Source: Nanobdellota archaeon (GTDB taxonomy: Archaea; Nanobdellota; Nanobdellia; SCGC-AAA011-G17; JACPNG01). From it: a DNA stretch of 64,000 nt. A program made the translations under genes and the position numbers. The stretch is from assembly GCA_038046345.1 (NCBI GenBank), contig JBBSWJ010000005.1:24784-88783 (forward strand), given 5' to 3'. Shown piece after piece: positions 44,033-54,720 of the stretch; within the stretch, counting starts at the first letter, position 1; each line of letters opens with the position of its first letter. The notes under the pieces were generated by a model that was not told the origin of the DNA, ran no database searches, and saw nothing but the letters and a program-made list of their open reading frames with translations.

Positions 44033-44878
44033 GTGATTATGCCATTTAGTAAAAAGAGGGCGGCTATGCTTAGCATGTTTACAGCGCTTGCTATTTCTAC
44101 ATCTCCAGCTGTATTTACAGAAAAGCTTTCAACGAGCAGTGGCCAAGTACACATAAGCCAAGAGACTGTAACCCCCGGCACAAATCGCGTCCCAAAAATT
44201 AGGGCTTATACTCATAAAAGAGTAGTCCAACCTTTACTTTCAAGAAGTATTGATAGCATACTAACTGATCCAGAATCTTATGGAATAATGCCAGCACTCA
44301 TTTATGGAGAAGAAAAACTAATTTATATTCCAGCTTCAGAGTATTTATCATTCAAAGCTAGGCCACATGAGATGAAAAGATGGAGTGATTATCTGAATTT
44401 TTTAACTCCAGAAAACATGACAATAGCAGCACTTGGACAATTATTTACTTTCAGCAGAGACCAAAAAAATGGAACAAAGATTGAAAATACAAAAGCTGAG
44501 CAAGCAGCAGAGGTAGTAAGATTTGTCCAAAACAATGTGTTATATGATGCGATTATTGAAACAGAACAAGACTATATAAGATTCCCAGTTGAAACCTTAT
44601 TTGAAAGAAACGGAGATTGTGAAGACCTAGCCATTCTTGCAGCATCAATAATGCAGTCTATCGGTATCAAAATTGCTATCATAGTATTGCCACCAATAAA
44701 TACCAAGGAAGAAAAGCCTCATGCCGCTCTGGGAGTAACAGGCAATTTTGAAGGAAAATACTACGACGTTGGTAATGAAAGATATTATTATACTGAACTC
44801 AATGGTAAAACAAGAAAGATTGGTAGTTCACAATCAAGGTATAGATATCGAGACGTTATTTTGTATATCCCAGAATAA
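44033..44878 (+). CDS. secreted transglutaminase-like (Cys-His-Asp) domain protein
   Basis: Signal peptide; transglutaminase-like core GDCEDLA with downstream His/Asp candidates. Confidence 0.55.
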   Translation: MIMPFSKKRAAMLSMFTALAISTSPAVFTEKLSTSSGQVHISQETVTPGTNRVPKIRAYTHKRVVQPLLSRSIDSILTDPESYGIMPALIYGEEKLIYIPASEYLSFKARPHEMKRWSDYLNFLTPENMTIAALGQLFTFSRDQKNGTKIENTKAEQAAEVVRFVQNNVLYDAIIETEQDYIRFPVETLFERNGDCEDLAILAASIMQSIGIKIAIIVLPPINTKEEKPHAALGVTGNFEGKYYDVGNERYYYTELNGKTRKIGSSQSRYRYRDVILYIPE

Positions 44879-44879
44879 T

Positions 44880-45188
44880 TTACTTCTGTAGGCGTATAAA
44901 TATTTGTACCCACTCAGGTATTGGCAGTCTCATTATCAGCCTTAAGGCCCGTTCATCATCATCTAAATCTATAAGCCTCTTATGTATCCTCATTTCAAAA
45001 TTATCAAAACTAGCTTTTCCATCACCGCATGGGCTTCTTCGTGTAGTAATCTTCAGTTTCTGTGTAGGTAAAGGTATTGGTCCATATACTTTTACTTTAG
45101 TTTTTTTAGCAATACCAACAATAGCAGAACTTATTTCATTCATTGCATCTATATTCGGGCTAGATAGATTTATTCTTGCTTTTTGCAT
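44880..45188 (-). CDS. rps10: 30S ribosomal protein S10 (uS10)
   Basis: GPIPLPT ... IHKRLIDL matches the uS10 signature. Confidence 0.9.
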   Translation of the reverse strand: MQKARINLSSPNIDAMNEISSAIVGIAKKTKVKVYGPIPLPTQKLKITTRRSPCGDGKASFDNFEMRIHKRLIDLDDDERALRLIMRLPIPEWVQIFIRLQK

Positions 45189-45289
45189 ACTGATATCATT
45201 TTTATTAGGTTTATAAATATTACCATGATAAAAATTCCATTAAAATAGTCCATAATAATATTTATTAAGATTATAAGCACGCTATAGTT

Positions 45290-46696
45290 ATGGCAATAAA
45301 GATGGGGTTAACATTTGATGATGTTTTACTTGTTCCAAAATTCTCAAATATAACTTCCAGAAAAGATGTAGACACAAGTAGTTATTTAACAAAAAATATT
45401 AAACTTCATGTCCCTATAGTTAGCGCTAATATGGATGTTGTTACCGAATCTCGTATGGCTATATCCATGGCCCGGATTGGTGGTATTGGCTTTCTTCATC
45501 GTTTTATGTCTATAGAAGAAGAGACAGACCGTGTCTTTCGTGTTAAACGCGCAGAAACTATAACCGTTGAGAAGCCATTCACTTTAACTCCTGACAAAAC
45601 CTTAAAAGACGCAAAAAAGCTTATGCAGGAACATGGTGTTACTGGAATTCTTATCACGAACAACCAAAACAAGCTTATGGGTATTCTCACATCGCGTGAT
45701 ATCCGATTTGAAACAGATGATTCCAGGATTATAAAAAGTATTATGACAACAGACTTAATTACCGCCCCGGCCAAGACTTCTTTAGACTCTGCCAAAAATA
45801 TTTTAAACAAGAACAAGATAGAAAAACTTCCTTTAGTTGATTCTTCCAATCATTTAACCGGATTAATCACATCAAGAGATATTCTTAAAAGAAAAGAATT
45901 TCCAAATGCCTCTAAAGACAAAAAAGGCAGGCTGATGGTTGGTGCAGCAATTGGAGTTAAGCCGGGCGAACTAGAGCGTGCTAAGTCATTGGTTAATGCT
46001 GATGTTGATTTATTGGTTATTGACATAGCTCATGGGCATTCTTTATCAGTAATCAAAATGTTAAGAACTTTAAGAAAGAAATTTGATATAGATATTGTTG
46101 CAGGCAATGTAGCAACAATGGACGGTGTTAGAGATCTAACTAAAGCCGGTGCTGACGGTATCAAAGTAGGCATTGGCGGGGGATCAATCTGCACTACAAG
46201 GATTGTTACCGGCTCAGGTGTACCACAGCTAAGTGCAATTATGGCCTGTTCTAAAGCTGCAGCTGGTAAAGTACCAATCAATGCAGATGGTGGTATTAGA
46301 AATAGCGGTGATATCACTAAAGCTTTAGCTAGTGGAGCTAGCACAGTTATGCTTGGTTCATTATTAGCTGGGACTGATGAAAGCCCTGGAATTCATATTA
46401 CTAAAGATGGTAAAAAATATAAAATGACTCGGGGTATGGCTTCTATAAGCGCGCGTACTTCCGTTTCAAAGGATACAAATGATATCCAAGAATACGTTGC
46501 TGAAGGTATTGATGGGCTTGTTCATTATCGTGGTAGTGTTAATGACATCATTCAACAATTAGTTGGTGGATTACGCTCAGGTATGAGTTATTGCGGTGCA
46601 TCATCCATAATCAACTTACAAAAAAATGCTGAATTTGTTAGAATAAGTCATGCTGGATTAACTGAATCAAAATCACATGACATAGAAAAGATGTAA
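45290..46696 (+). CDS. guaB: inosine-5'-monophosphate dehydrogenase (with CBS pair)
   Basis: Catalytic loop GIGGGSICTTR; CBS domains in the 90-200 region. Confidence 0.92.
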   Translation: MAIKMGLTFDDVLLVPKFSNITSRKDVDTSSYLTKNIKLHVPIVSANMDVVTESRMAISMARIGGIGFLHRFMSIEEETDRVFRVKRAETITVEKPFTLTPDKTLKDAKKLMQEHGVTGILITNNQNKLMGILTSRDIRFETDDSRIIKSIMTTDLITAPAKTSLDSAKNILNKNKIEKLPLVDSSNHLTGLITSRDILKRKEFPNASKDKKGRLMVGAAIGVKPGELERAKSLVNADVDLLVIDIAHGHSLSVIKMLRTLRKKFDIDIVAGNVATMDGVRDLTKAGADGIKVGIGGGSICTTRIVTGSGVPQLSAIMACSKAAAGKVPINADGGIRNSGDITKALASGASTVMLGSLLAGTDESPGIHITKDGKKYKMTRGMASISARTSVSKDTNDIQEYVAEGIDGLVHYRGSVNDIIQQLVGGLRSGMSYCGASSIINLQKNAEFVRISHAGLTESKSHDIEKM

Positions 46697-46697
46697 C

Positions 46698-47978
46698 TTA
46701 TTTCTTAACTATTTCTAAGCACACACCTGCAGCTACAGTTGCTCCAGCGTCCCTAATAGCAAAACTTGCCATTTGTGGAATAACAGATTGTTTTTCTATT
46801 ATTAATGGCTTTGTTGGTTTTATTTTTACTTCAGCAACGTCATCATTTTTTATAAAATCAGGATTTCGTTGAGCTATTTGACCTGTGGTTGGATCAAGTT
46901 TTCCAACTAATTCAGTAAACTGACATGCTACTTGAGCTGTGTGTATATGGAATACTGGTGTATATCCAACGGTTATAACAGTTGGATGATTGATAACAGC
47001 TATTCTAGCAGTAAACTCACTCACTACTGTTGGCGGATTTGTTTCATGGCCTAGTACATCTCCCCTTGCAATATCTTTTTTGCCTATGCCTCTTACATTA
47101 ATCCCTATATTATCGCCAGGTTCTGCCATTGGCACTTGTTCATGGTGCATTTCAATACTTTTTACTTCCCCTCTGACTCCGGTTCCTTCCCTTGCTGGTA
47201 AGATCATTATTTTATCTCCAACCTTCATAACTCCAGTTTCTATTCTAACAACTGGCACAACTCCTATACCGGTTATGTTATAAACATCTTGTATTGGCAT
47301 TCTTAATGGTAACTCGGTTGGTTTTTCGGGTGGTTTGAATAGATCTAATTGCTCCATTAATGTTGGTCCTGTATACCATTTCATATTCTCAGATTTCTTT
47401 ACTATATTATCCCCTTTTAGAGAGGCTAAAGGTATGAATGGCACTTCTTCTACTTTAAATCTTGCACTTTTTAATAATACACTAACTTCATCTTTTACTT
47501 TATTGAATTTTGCTTGATCATATTGGATAACATCCATTTTATTAACAGCTACTGCTAGTTGTTTTATACCAAAAGTTTTACATAGCCACGCGTGTTCTTT
47601 TGTTTGTTCTTTTATTCCTTCTGTTGCTGCTACTACTAATATCCCTACATCTGCTTGTGAAGCTCCTGTTATCATATTTTTCACAAAGTCTTTATGTCCA
47701 GGCGCATCAATTATAGTATATTCATATTTTTTTGTAACTAATTTTTGATGAGATAAATCTATTGTGACTCCCCTCTCTCTTTCTTCTTTTAGAGTGTCCA
47801 TAACAAATGCAAATTCAAACCCAACCTTTCCTAACTCTGCTGCTTTCTCTTTCAATTTTCTCATAGCTTGTTCATCAACATTACCGCTGTCATACAACAG
47901 TCTACCTACGCTAGTGGACTTTCCATGGTCTACATGCCCAACAAATATTATGTTGATGTGTGGTTTTTCCCTTGCCAT
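46698..47978 (-). CDS. tuf: translation elongation factor EF-1 alpha
   Basis: G1 [18 protein letters not shown]. 426 aa. Confidence 0.95.
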   Translation of the reverse strand: MAREKPHINIIFVGHVDHGKSTSVGRLLYDSGNVDEQAMRKLKEKAAELGKVGFEFAFVMDTLKEERERGVTIDLSHQKLVTKKYEYTIIDAPGHKDFVKNMITGASQADVGILVVAATEGIKEQTKEHAWLCKTFGIKQLAVAVNKMDVIQYDQAKFNKVKDEVSVLLKSARFKVEEVPFIPLASLKGDNIVKKSENMKWYTGPTLMEQLDLFKPPEKPTELPLRMPIQDVYNITGIGVVPVVRIETGVMKVGDKIMILPAREGTGVRGEVKSIEMHHEQVPMAEPGDNIGINVRGIGKKDIARGDVLGHETNPPTVVSEFTARIAVINHPTVITVGYTPVFHIHTAQVACQFTELVGKLDPTTGQIAQRNPDFIKNDDVAEVKIKPTKPLIIEKQSVIPQMASFAIRDAGATVAAGVCLEIVKK

Positions 47979-48388
47979 TAGTTTACTCCTTTAATTTTAT
48001 TGTTTTTATTGCATTTCAGATTAAACCTACTTTATAAAGATTTCTATTTGCCAGTTTTTGCCAGATCACCTACAGCTATTAGTCGGTCGTTCTAAACAAG
48101 TTTATGCTGAAGAAAAGAACATTATAAATAAAGCTAAACAGGTATTATAGACTCCTTGGAATTTCTCAAATTCTTTTACTTTAATCTTTTTATTTTTTTT
48201 ATTTATCATACTGGAAAGATACAAGCTTTCTTATATTTCTCTTCTTCCTTTCAAAAGTAGGTAAGAGCATCACAAAGGTTAAATGAGTATTCCAGATATT
48301 GGCTCCACCACGCAGCCCAAACCAAATAGATACTCTTAAAAGGCAGTTCTGTGCTCTTATGTAAGAATGCATATATGGAGGAACCTAA

Positions 48389-48559
48389 ATGAGCTTTGAT
48401 AATAGAAACCGGGACGGTTTTCGTAACGATGGCCCTAAAGAAATGCACAAAACGAATTGTACAGATTGTGGAGCTGACTGTGAAGTACCTTTTAAGCCTA
48501 CAGTAGGAAAAGCTGTTCGTTGTGCAGAATGCTTTAGAAAAAGTAAAGACAGAAGATAA
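48389..48559 (+). CDS. small zinc-ribbon protein (56 aa), not in ORF track
   Basis: GGAGG lies 7 nt upstream of the ATG. Two CxxC-type pairs (CTDCGADC ... CAEC). The opposite-strand 108-aa ORF has an odd composition. Confidence 0.45.
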   Translation: MSFDNRNRDGFRNDGPKEMHKTNCTDCGADCEVPFKPTVGKAVRCAECFRKSKDRR

Positions 48560-48694
48560 TCTTGAATTTTTATCCAAGTCTAGGCTTGGATTTTACTGTT
48601 TTTTTTAAAAAACTTAGATACTTGATACATTTAGGATAAGCTATTCGTAAATTTTTTTTAGTTGTATTTAGCTTATTGGTTTAAGTCACCTAAT

Positions 48695-51049
48695 TTAATC
48701 CCGTCTTTTAACATAGAAGTAACCTACTATAATTAAAACAATAACAATTATTGTTACAATCCACATAATCCTTCCAAATCCTTTCTCACTAATCTTTTCT
48801 TCAATATCTCCGCTAACAGTAGGAATTTCTTCACTTGGTGCTGATTCTTCTTCGGCTACAACCTCAAGATCTTTTAGTTTTAAAACAGTAATTGTTGCAA
48901 CCCCGTTAGTAATGCTTTCTAAAGTTACCTGTGCATTAGGTGTTCCGTCTCCGTCCATATCAACATCCTTTGTTTCTCCAACACTTAATGTTACTTCAGC
49001 TTTGTAACTTTCAATAGTAAAAGTTAAAGTATTCTCATTTACTTTAACAAAAGTGATAGTATGCGCATCAGTGCCACTTAAACTAAATACCTTAATACTG
49101 CCTTGCGATCCAACAAAAGTGGTCTTATCACTTGTACTCAGGTCTGCGTCTAATACTAGTTCCTCACCAGATCTGCTAATACCGCTCCCGCCGCCCGAGC
49201 TTGATGCATCTCCGCCGCCAGTGCTAGTGAAAACAATAAACGTTATTATACCAGTGCTAGTTGTAGTGTGCACAACTTGATCTTTTGTTGTGCATTCAAC
49301 ATTATAAGTACCTGCTTCATTAGTATCAGTATTCTTAAATTCTTGATCACTGCAAGTTTCGCTGGTTTTAGTAATAGTGCTACCACCTGGTTTAGTTATC
49401 TTAATACTACAAGTGTTCATACCACTTACACTATCAGTTCCAGAGCAGCCATATTTTATGCTGCTGAATGGATTGATATTCTTGTCTGCTGGTTCTGTAA
49501 GCGCAACAGTAGGCACCCCTCCGTCAAGAACAAAACTGCCTCTGTAATATTTTGGCCATTGAGCTACTGCAGTTGAATTTATCTTAATAATAAAATTAGT
49601 ATAATTTCCATCGCTGCTATCATTTGCTACACCTTTGCCAATAGTACCGTTATATAGCGTGATATTAGTTGCTCCATAAGCACCTGTAGTTATGTTTGTT
49701 AGGTTTAAGTAACCATTCGCAGCAACCCCATTATTTTCCTCTGTTCCAAAATCTGCAGTAGTATTAAATGTAAAATAACCATAAGCATTTTTATTTCTTG
49801 TATTTGCTGCAACAGCAATTACCCCGCCACTGCCTTCGATTGTAAAGGTTAGCAATGAATTTGCCTGTAAGTACCCTACACCACTCCTTCCAGACCCTAG
49901 TTGGTTTTTATCAAAATCCAATACATTTCCTGCTTCATCAGTTATGTTTAAAGCAGTTATATTAGGCTGACCGTCAAGCCCTATAAACATAAATGGATTA
50001 TCTGTTAAGAAATTATTATCTGATGTGTCATTAATTGTAATGCTATTACCAACTGTATCATACGCTCTTATCACGAATGTTGTTGCATTCCCTTTAGTAT
50101 CCCCCTTATCATTTCCATCAGATCCAGTTCCAACACAGTCTAAATCAATAACCCCTTCGTATGTTCTATTACCAGATTGTGTATCGCTTGTTGTCATTGA
50201 AACATTTCCATACTGCCCTGTAGAAGCAGTTTCTGTAGTTGATGCAGTAGCATTGCTGCTGTTGCATACATAATAAAGGTCTACTGTATCAAAATGGGTA
50301 TCTTGAAGATCAACTTTTACTGTTGTATTTTCTATTGGCATATAAGCCCCATCATTATAAGATCCGGTTTGGAACAAAAGTGATGCCTGGCCAGTCCCAT
50401 TTGCGCGGCTAAAATTCCCTCCAACTAAACCATCAGAGATATTTATAGACATTATTTGTGGGTAGTAAGTGTCTATATAAGTGTACATAAGTGTTGAGTT
50501 TGTTGCTGATGTGCTATCAGCCATATAAATAGTTACATTCCAGTCCTGTCTGCGGCTATGTCCAATACCATCCACTTTATCTGCTGTAAGGTTTACACTG
50601 AATATATAATGACCTGGTAATGTTCCATTATCTGTATTATTCCACCAAATATTACTTAACGTCCCGTCCGTGCTGTTACCAAAGTTCCAGCTTCCTGAAC
50701 CATTTGTTGCATTTGCATGTCCATCAACACCAACAGAACCGATACCATTTGATCTATTAAAATCAAGTCCTGAAGGTTGAAAAGTAAAATTACTAGGAAT
50801 TGTTATATTAACCACTGAAAAATTTGCAGAATCTGCGCTATTAAAAATAATAGAAAAATTAAATCTTACATTTGTGTTGTTCCTTTGAACTATCCCCGAA
50901 AATGCCGTTGTTGTTGCTACTGTGTCGCTTATACTTAAATTTGATCCTGTATTTGCAGTGGTATCAAGATCTGCAATAGTAACACTAAAATGGAATAATC
51001 CAAACAGTAACAGTACAATCATCAATTTAATTTTTGTATTCAATAACAT
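48695..51049 (-). CDS. large Ser/Thr/Asn/Gly-rich cell-surface protein (signal peptide, C-terminal TM anchor)
   Basis: N-terminal signal peptide; low-complexity T/S/N/G-rich repeats; C-terminal TM helix followed by KRRD. Confidence 0.6.
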   Translation of the reverse strand: MLLNTKIKLMIVLLLFGLFHFSVTIADLDTTANTGSNLSISDTVATTTAFSGIVQRNNTNVRFNFSIIFNSADSANFSVVNITIPSNFTFQPSGLDFNRSNGIGSVGVDGHANATNGSGSWNFGNSTDGTLSNIWWNNTDNGTLPGHYIFSVNLTADKVDGIGHSRRQDWNVTIYMADSTSATNSTLMYTYIDTYYPQIMSINISDGLVGGNFSRANGTGQASLLFQTGSYNDGAYMPIENTTVKVDLQDTHFDTVDLYYVCNSSNATASTTETASTGQYGNVSMTTSDTQSGNRTYEGVIDLDCVGTGSDGNDKGDTKGNATTFVIRAYDTVGNSITINDTSDNNFLTDNPFMFIGLDGQPNITALNITDEAGNVLDFDKNQLGSGRSGVGYLQANSLLTFTIEGSGGVIAVAANTRNKNAYGYFTFNTTADFGTEENNGVAANGYLNLTNITTGAYGATNITLYNGTIGKGVANDSSDGNYTNFIIKINSTAVAQWPKYYRGSFVLDGGVPTVALTEPADKNINPFSSIKYGCSGTDSVSGMNTCSIKITKPGGSTITKTSETCSDQEFKNTDTNEAGTYNVECTTKDQVVHTTTSTGIITFIVFTSTGGGDASSSGGGSGISRSGEELVLDADLSTSDKTTFVGSQGSIKVFSLSGTDAHTITFVKVNENTLTFTIESYKAEVTLSVGETKDVDMDGDGTPNAQVTLESITNGVATITVLKLKDLEVVAEEESAPSEEIPTVSGDIEEKISEKGFGRIMWIVTIIVIVLIIVGYFYVKRRD

Positions 51050-51115
51050 GCACCTCTATTTTTTTAATAAAATTATAATAAACCACTAACTTATAAACCT
51101 TTCTTAAAAAATTTA

Positions 51116-53902
51116 TTATAATTCTTTTATACCCTTTCTATCTTTTATTTGTTTTCTTATTTTATCTTGCAATGATTCAGGCAGCTTCTCATACATTTGG
51201 TCTACCACAAAATAGCTACCCCGGCCACCAGTAGCGGATCTTAAGTCGCTGCTTAATCCAAACATTTCACCAACAGGTAGCTTGCATTTAACGGTCATTT
51301 GTACTCCCTCTTGTTGCACTTCTAACAATTGCCCTCTTTTATTTTGTATTAATTTAGATACATCTCCTAAATAATCACTAGGCGCTCCAATATGTAATTC
51401 CTGTACTGGCTCATAAATATATGGTTTTCCTGTTAGTATAGCCTCTCTTATCCCCTCTCTTACAGCGGGGTATACCTGGGCTGGCCCACGATGTATTGCA
51501 TCTTCATGTAATTTCATATCAGTAACTCTTACTTTCATCTTCATTGTTGGTTCTTTTGCAAGTATTCCAGCATCGCAAACCTGTTCAAAACCATCTATTA
51601 CTAATTCTATTACTTCACCTATCTGAACTATACCACGAGTGTCATCAACTAATAAGTTTCCCTTGTATATATCCCTATATTTCTTCGCGTCTTTTAAGAT
51701 AACTCCTTTCTCTTCTAATTTTTTAAATGTATCAACATCCTTTTTTTTAAGCCTGCCATCAGGTATTTCTCCGTCCCTCATTAATTGATAAATCTCATCT
51801 TCTAAAGGTTCAACAATAAAAAAGAATTTATTATGTTTATTTGGGGATTTTCCTTCTTTTTCTTCAGATACCTTGGTTACCGCTTCTCTGTACACAACAA
51901 TAGGCGGGCTTGTCCTTACTTGCAAACCTTTTTCTGTTTTTATCCTATTCTCAATAACTTCTAAATGTAGTTCGCCCATTCCAGAAATTAAGTTTTCTCC
52001 TGTCTCCTCATTAATTTCGATTGTTATTGTTGGATCCTCTTTGTTTACTTGCTTTAGTACTTCAACAAGTTTTGGCAAGTCAGCAGGAGATGTTGCTTCA
52101 ATACTTTTTGTAACAACCGGGTCAAATATATGTTTTATTGCTTCAAACGGTTCCATTTCTTCAGATGCAATTGTCTCTCCAGCAAACACATTTTTTAACC
52201 CCACTAAACCTACAATATTACCAGCAACTGCTTTTTCAACGGTTACTCTTTGAGCTCCTTTGTATATCGATACCTGTTGTATTCTAATCTTTCTTTTTGC
52301 ATTGATCATATATGCATCATCGCCCTGTCTTACAGTTCCAGAGAATAATCTACCAGCCGTTACTTCTCCTGCATGTTTATCAATAACAATTTTTGTTGCT
52401 ACAAAAGCAGTCGGACCATTAGGATTACAGTTTACTAATGACTTTCCAATTTCAGAATCTAAATCTCCATGCCATATTTTTGGCACTCTGTATTTCTGAG
52501 CGTCTACAGGGTTTTTATGGTGTGCTATTACCATCTCGAGGACAACTTCATGCAATGGCGCTTTTTTTGCTATACCCTTCCATTCATCATTTTCATATGC
52601 TTTTATAACATCTTTAAAGCTCAGCCCATTTCTTAGCATATAAGGAGCAGATAACGCCCAATTATGAAATGCAGATCCAAATGCTACACTCCCATCTTTA
52701 ACATGAACTAACCATTTTTCTTTAAATTCTTCTGGGGCTACACTCTGTATGAACTTGTTTATCTCAGTTATTATTTTCACAAATCTTTCTTGCATTGCTT
52801 CAGGTGTTAGTTTTACTTCTTTTATTAAACGATCAACTTTGTTTATGAATAATACTGGCTTGACTCTTTCTCTTAACGCTTGACGCAACACGGTTTCTGT
52901 TTGAGGCATTATACCTTCTACTGCATCACATAATACTATTGCCCCGTCTACAGCTCTCATCGCTCTTGTTACATCTCCTCCAAAGTCTACATGCCCGGGC
53001 GTGTCAATTAGATTTATTAGAAAATCTTTTCCATTAATTACGTGAACCATAGATACATTTGCTGAATCAATTGTGATCCCGCGTTCTTGTTCATCTGCGT
53101 GGAAATCCAAAGCTAATTGTTTTCCAGCTAACTCTTGTGACATCATCCCGGCTCCTGCCAATAAATTATCTGAGAATGTTGTATTATGGATCACCATTCC
53201 CTCAGCAACAAAATTATGATTGTCTGCAACTGTAAAATCGTATACCATATCTTTCTGTGTTATCTCTTTTGAATTAACCTCACAGTACATAATATCTTCA
53301 CTTAATATTTTATTCTCTTGGATTAATATTTGTCCATTATTCTCTATTTTTTCTTTATAACCACTTAATGAGATTGATATTGCATCTTTTTGGTGCGGCC
53401 AACTTTTCATGCAAACTACAAGATCCTTCAATTCTAATTCTCTTGCTTCTTTATAACAAAAGTCACGTGCGAGCCTATCCAAAACTAAATAACGATGTTC
53501 TGGTGTTGTTTCAATTGAGCTGCCATTTTTTAATTTTATTTTTATTAGTTCACCGCCAGTTAATTTCCAAGCAAGGCTGATTAGTTTCTTTTCTATTTTC
53601 CCTGAATCTTTATTTAATGATAATACCTTAACACATTGGCTTGTAACATCATAAACAACATGACCATTCTTTTTTTCAAATAGTTTTCCATTTTTTATGA
53701 TCTTATCAAATAGCTTCTCTGCCTGTATAACTGAGCTATCACCTAAAATAATTCTAGACTCACCAGAAATACATTTCCCATGATATCGTTCTATGAAGGG
53801 TTAACTCGATAGAAAATCGATATGGGCGCATATAGCTATATTTCTGATTTGTTCCGGTTCATTCATTAATTTAACAACTTTTTCTGCTATCTTATCCGCC
53901 AT
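51116..53902 (-). CDS. fusA: translation elongation factor aEF-2, interrupted by a BHB intron (53783..53815) and an intein (53183..53773)
   Basis: N-extein MADKIAEKVVKLMNEPEQIRNIAICAHID[intron]HGK[intein]TTFSDNLLAGAGM ... through to the C-terminal domains. The diphthamide-target motif HEDAIHRGPAQ is present. The track ORF (51116..53482) misses the N-terminus because of the in-frame TAA inside the intron. Confidence 0.85.
53183..53773 (-). other. mini-intein (197 aa) inserted in the aEF-2 P-loop between GHK and TT
   Basis: Starts with Cys (CISGESRIILGDS, block A), has TPEHRYLV (block B), ends VYDFTVADNHNFVAEGMVIHN, followed by the +1 Thr. No LAGLIDADG motifs. Confidence 0.8.
53783..53815 (-). 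other. 33-nt bulge-helix-bulge (BHB) intron in the aEF-2 mRNA
   Basis: In-frame insert TTTCTATCGAGTTAACCCTTCATAGAACGATAT (contains TAA). Folds as h CCCAU/AUGGG, H AUCG/CGAU, two 3-nt bulges AU|U and AU|C, and h' UUCUAU/AUAGAA. Cutting after the second bulge nucleotide gives CAUAUCGAU-CAUGGG, which encodes HIDHG. Confidence 0.7.
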
Positions 53903-54314
53903 AGCTTAACTATTCATAATGATGACTTTTTAAGTTTTTCTGAATAACAAAATATTGCGTTGTCTTGGCTTACAGAATACTTTAGCTACTATTAGGCATC
54001 CAACCTAATATTGCTTGAAGGCCAAAAAGATTATTGTTCATATTTAGTACAGATTTGTACATTTAATGAACTATGTAAATGTTTTGTAGAAACAATTACT
54101 GCAGGCGTTAATGGCAAAACCAAATAACCATAAGAAGATATATTCGTTTCAAAGAGGAAAATTTTATATCTCCATAATAGGGGAGTTTCTTGCTTCAGGA
54201 AAAACTGCCACTTGCTAGTCTCTAAAATTACATTAGTTTTAAGTAAAGCAGTGGGGTAATTAGACAATACTATTTTAATTTCTAATGTCAAGAATTTACA
54301 AAAAATCATCAGTT

Positions 54315-54611
54315 CTAAATCTTTATTCCATGTTTTAAATTTTTTTGAAAGTCTTCCACTTGATTAAGATCAACATCTACAAATATTCCTTCATACTTAC
54401 ATCTCACACATCTCTTCACAGGTCTAGCAAACTGATGCCCCCATAGGATTTCAGAATTCTTTGATGAATCACCGCAATTAGGGCATAATGATATGTATAA
54501 CCATCGCATTACATCTTTGCTTCTTGTTTTACGAAAAAAAATATACCAACCTATTAAAGCAAGTATAACAGCTATAATCGCTATCATTACAACCACTTTA
54601 AGTAATTCCAT
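54315..54611 (-). CDS. membrane-anchored zinc-ribbon protein (hypothetical)
   Basis: N-terminal TM helix followed by CPNCG ... CVRC. Confidence 0.45.
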   Translation of the reverse strand: MELLKVVVMIAIIAVILALIGWYIFFRKTRSKDVMRWLYISLCPNCGDSSKNSEILWGHQFARPVKRCVRCKYEGIFVDVDLNQVEDFQKNLKHGIKI

Positions 54612-54720
54612 CGTGGCTTATTTTGTTTAACTACCTTATAAAATTAGCCAATGAATAAAGTCATTACTGGATAATAGTCAATATCAAAAGTATTAAAAAC
54701 CATGAAAACTAGAACAAACC

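Noticed and set aside
48389-48559. Possible YacG-like gyrase-inhibitor identity for the small zinc-ribbon protein
   Set aside because: Only a loose resemblance in Cys spacing and a PF(K/R)P segment; too weak to assert.
48251-48577. 108-aa minus-strand ORF
   Set aside because: It is antisense to a GGAGG-preceded zinc-ribbon ORF and has an implausible composition (W/F/Y/C-rich with no pattern).
53783-53815. Alternative explanations for the stop-containing insert in EF-2: programmed translational bypassing, stop-codon recoding or an alternative genetic code, or a simple pseudogene
   Set aside because: Bypassing: there are no matching take-off and landing codons that restore the frame. Recoding: TAA terminates many other genes here. 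Pseudogene: the rest of the gene is intact and the insert matches BHB geometry exactly, with splice sites regenerating the P-loop. A pseudogene or assembly artefact cannot be fully excluded without expression data.
54031-54309. 92-aa minus-strand ORF upstream of EF-2
   Set aside because: It lies in the AT-rich promoter region of EF-2, has low-complexity composition, and has no start context.
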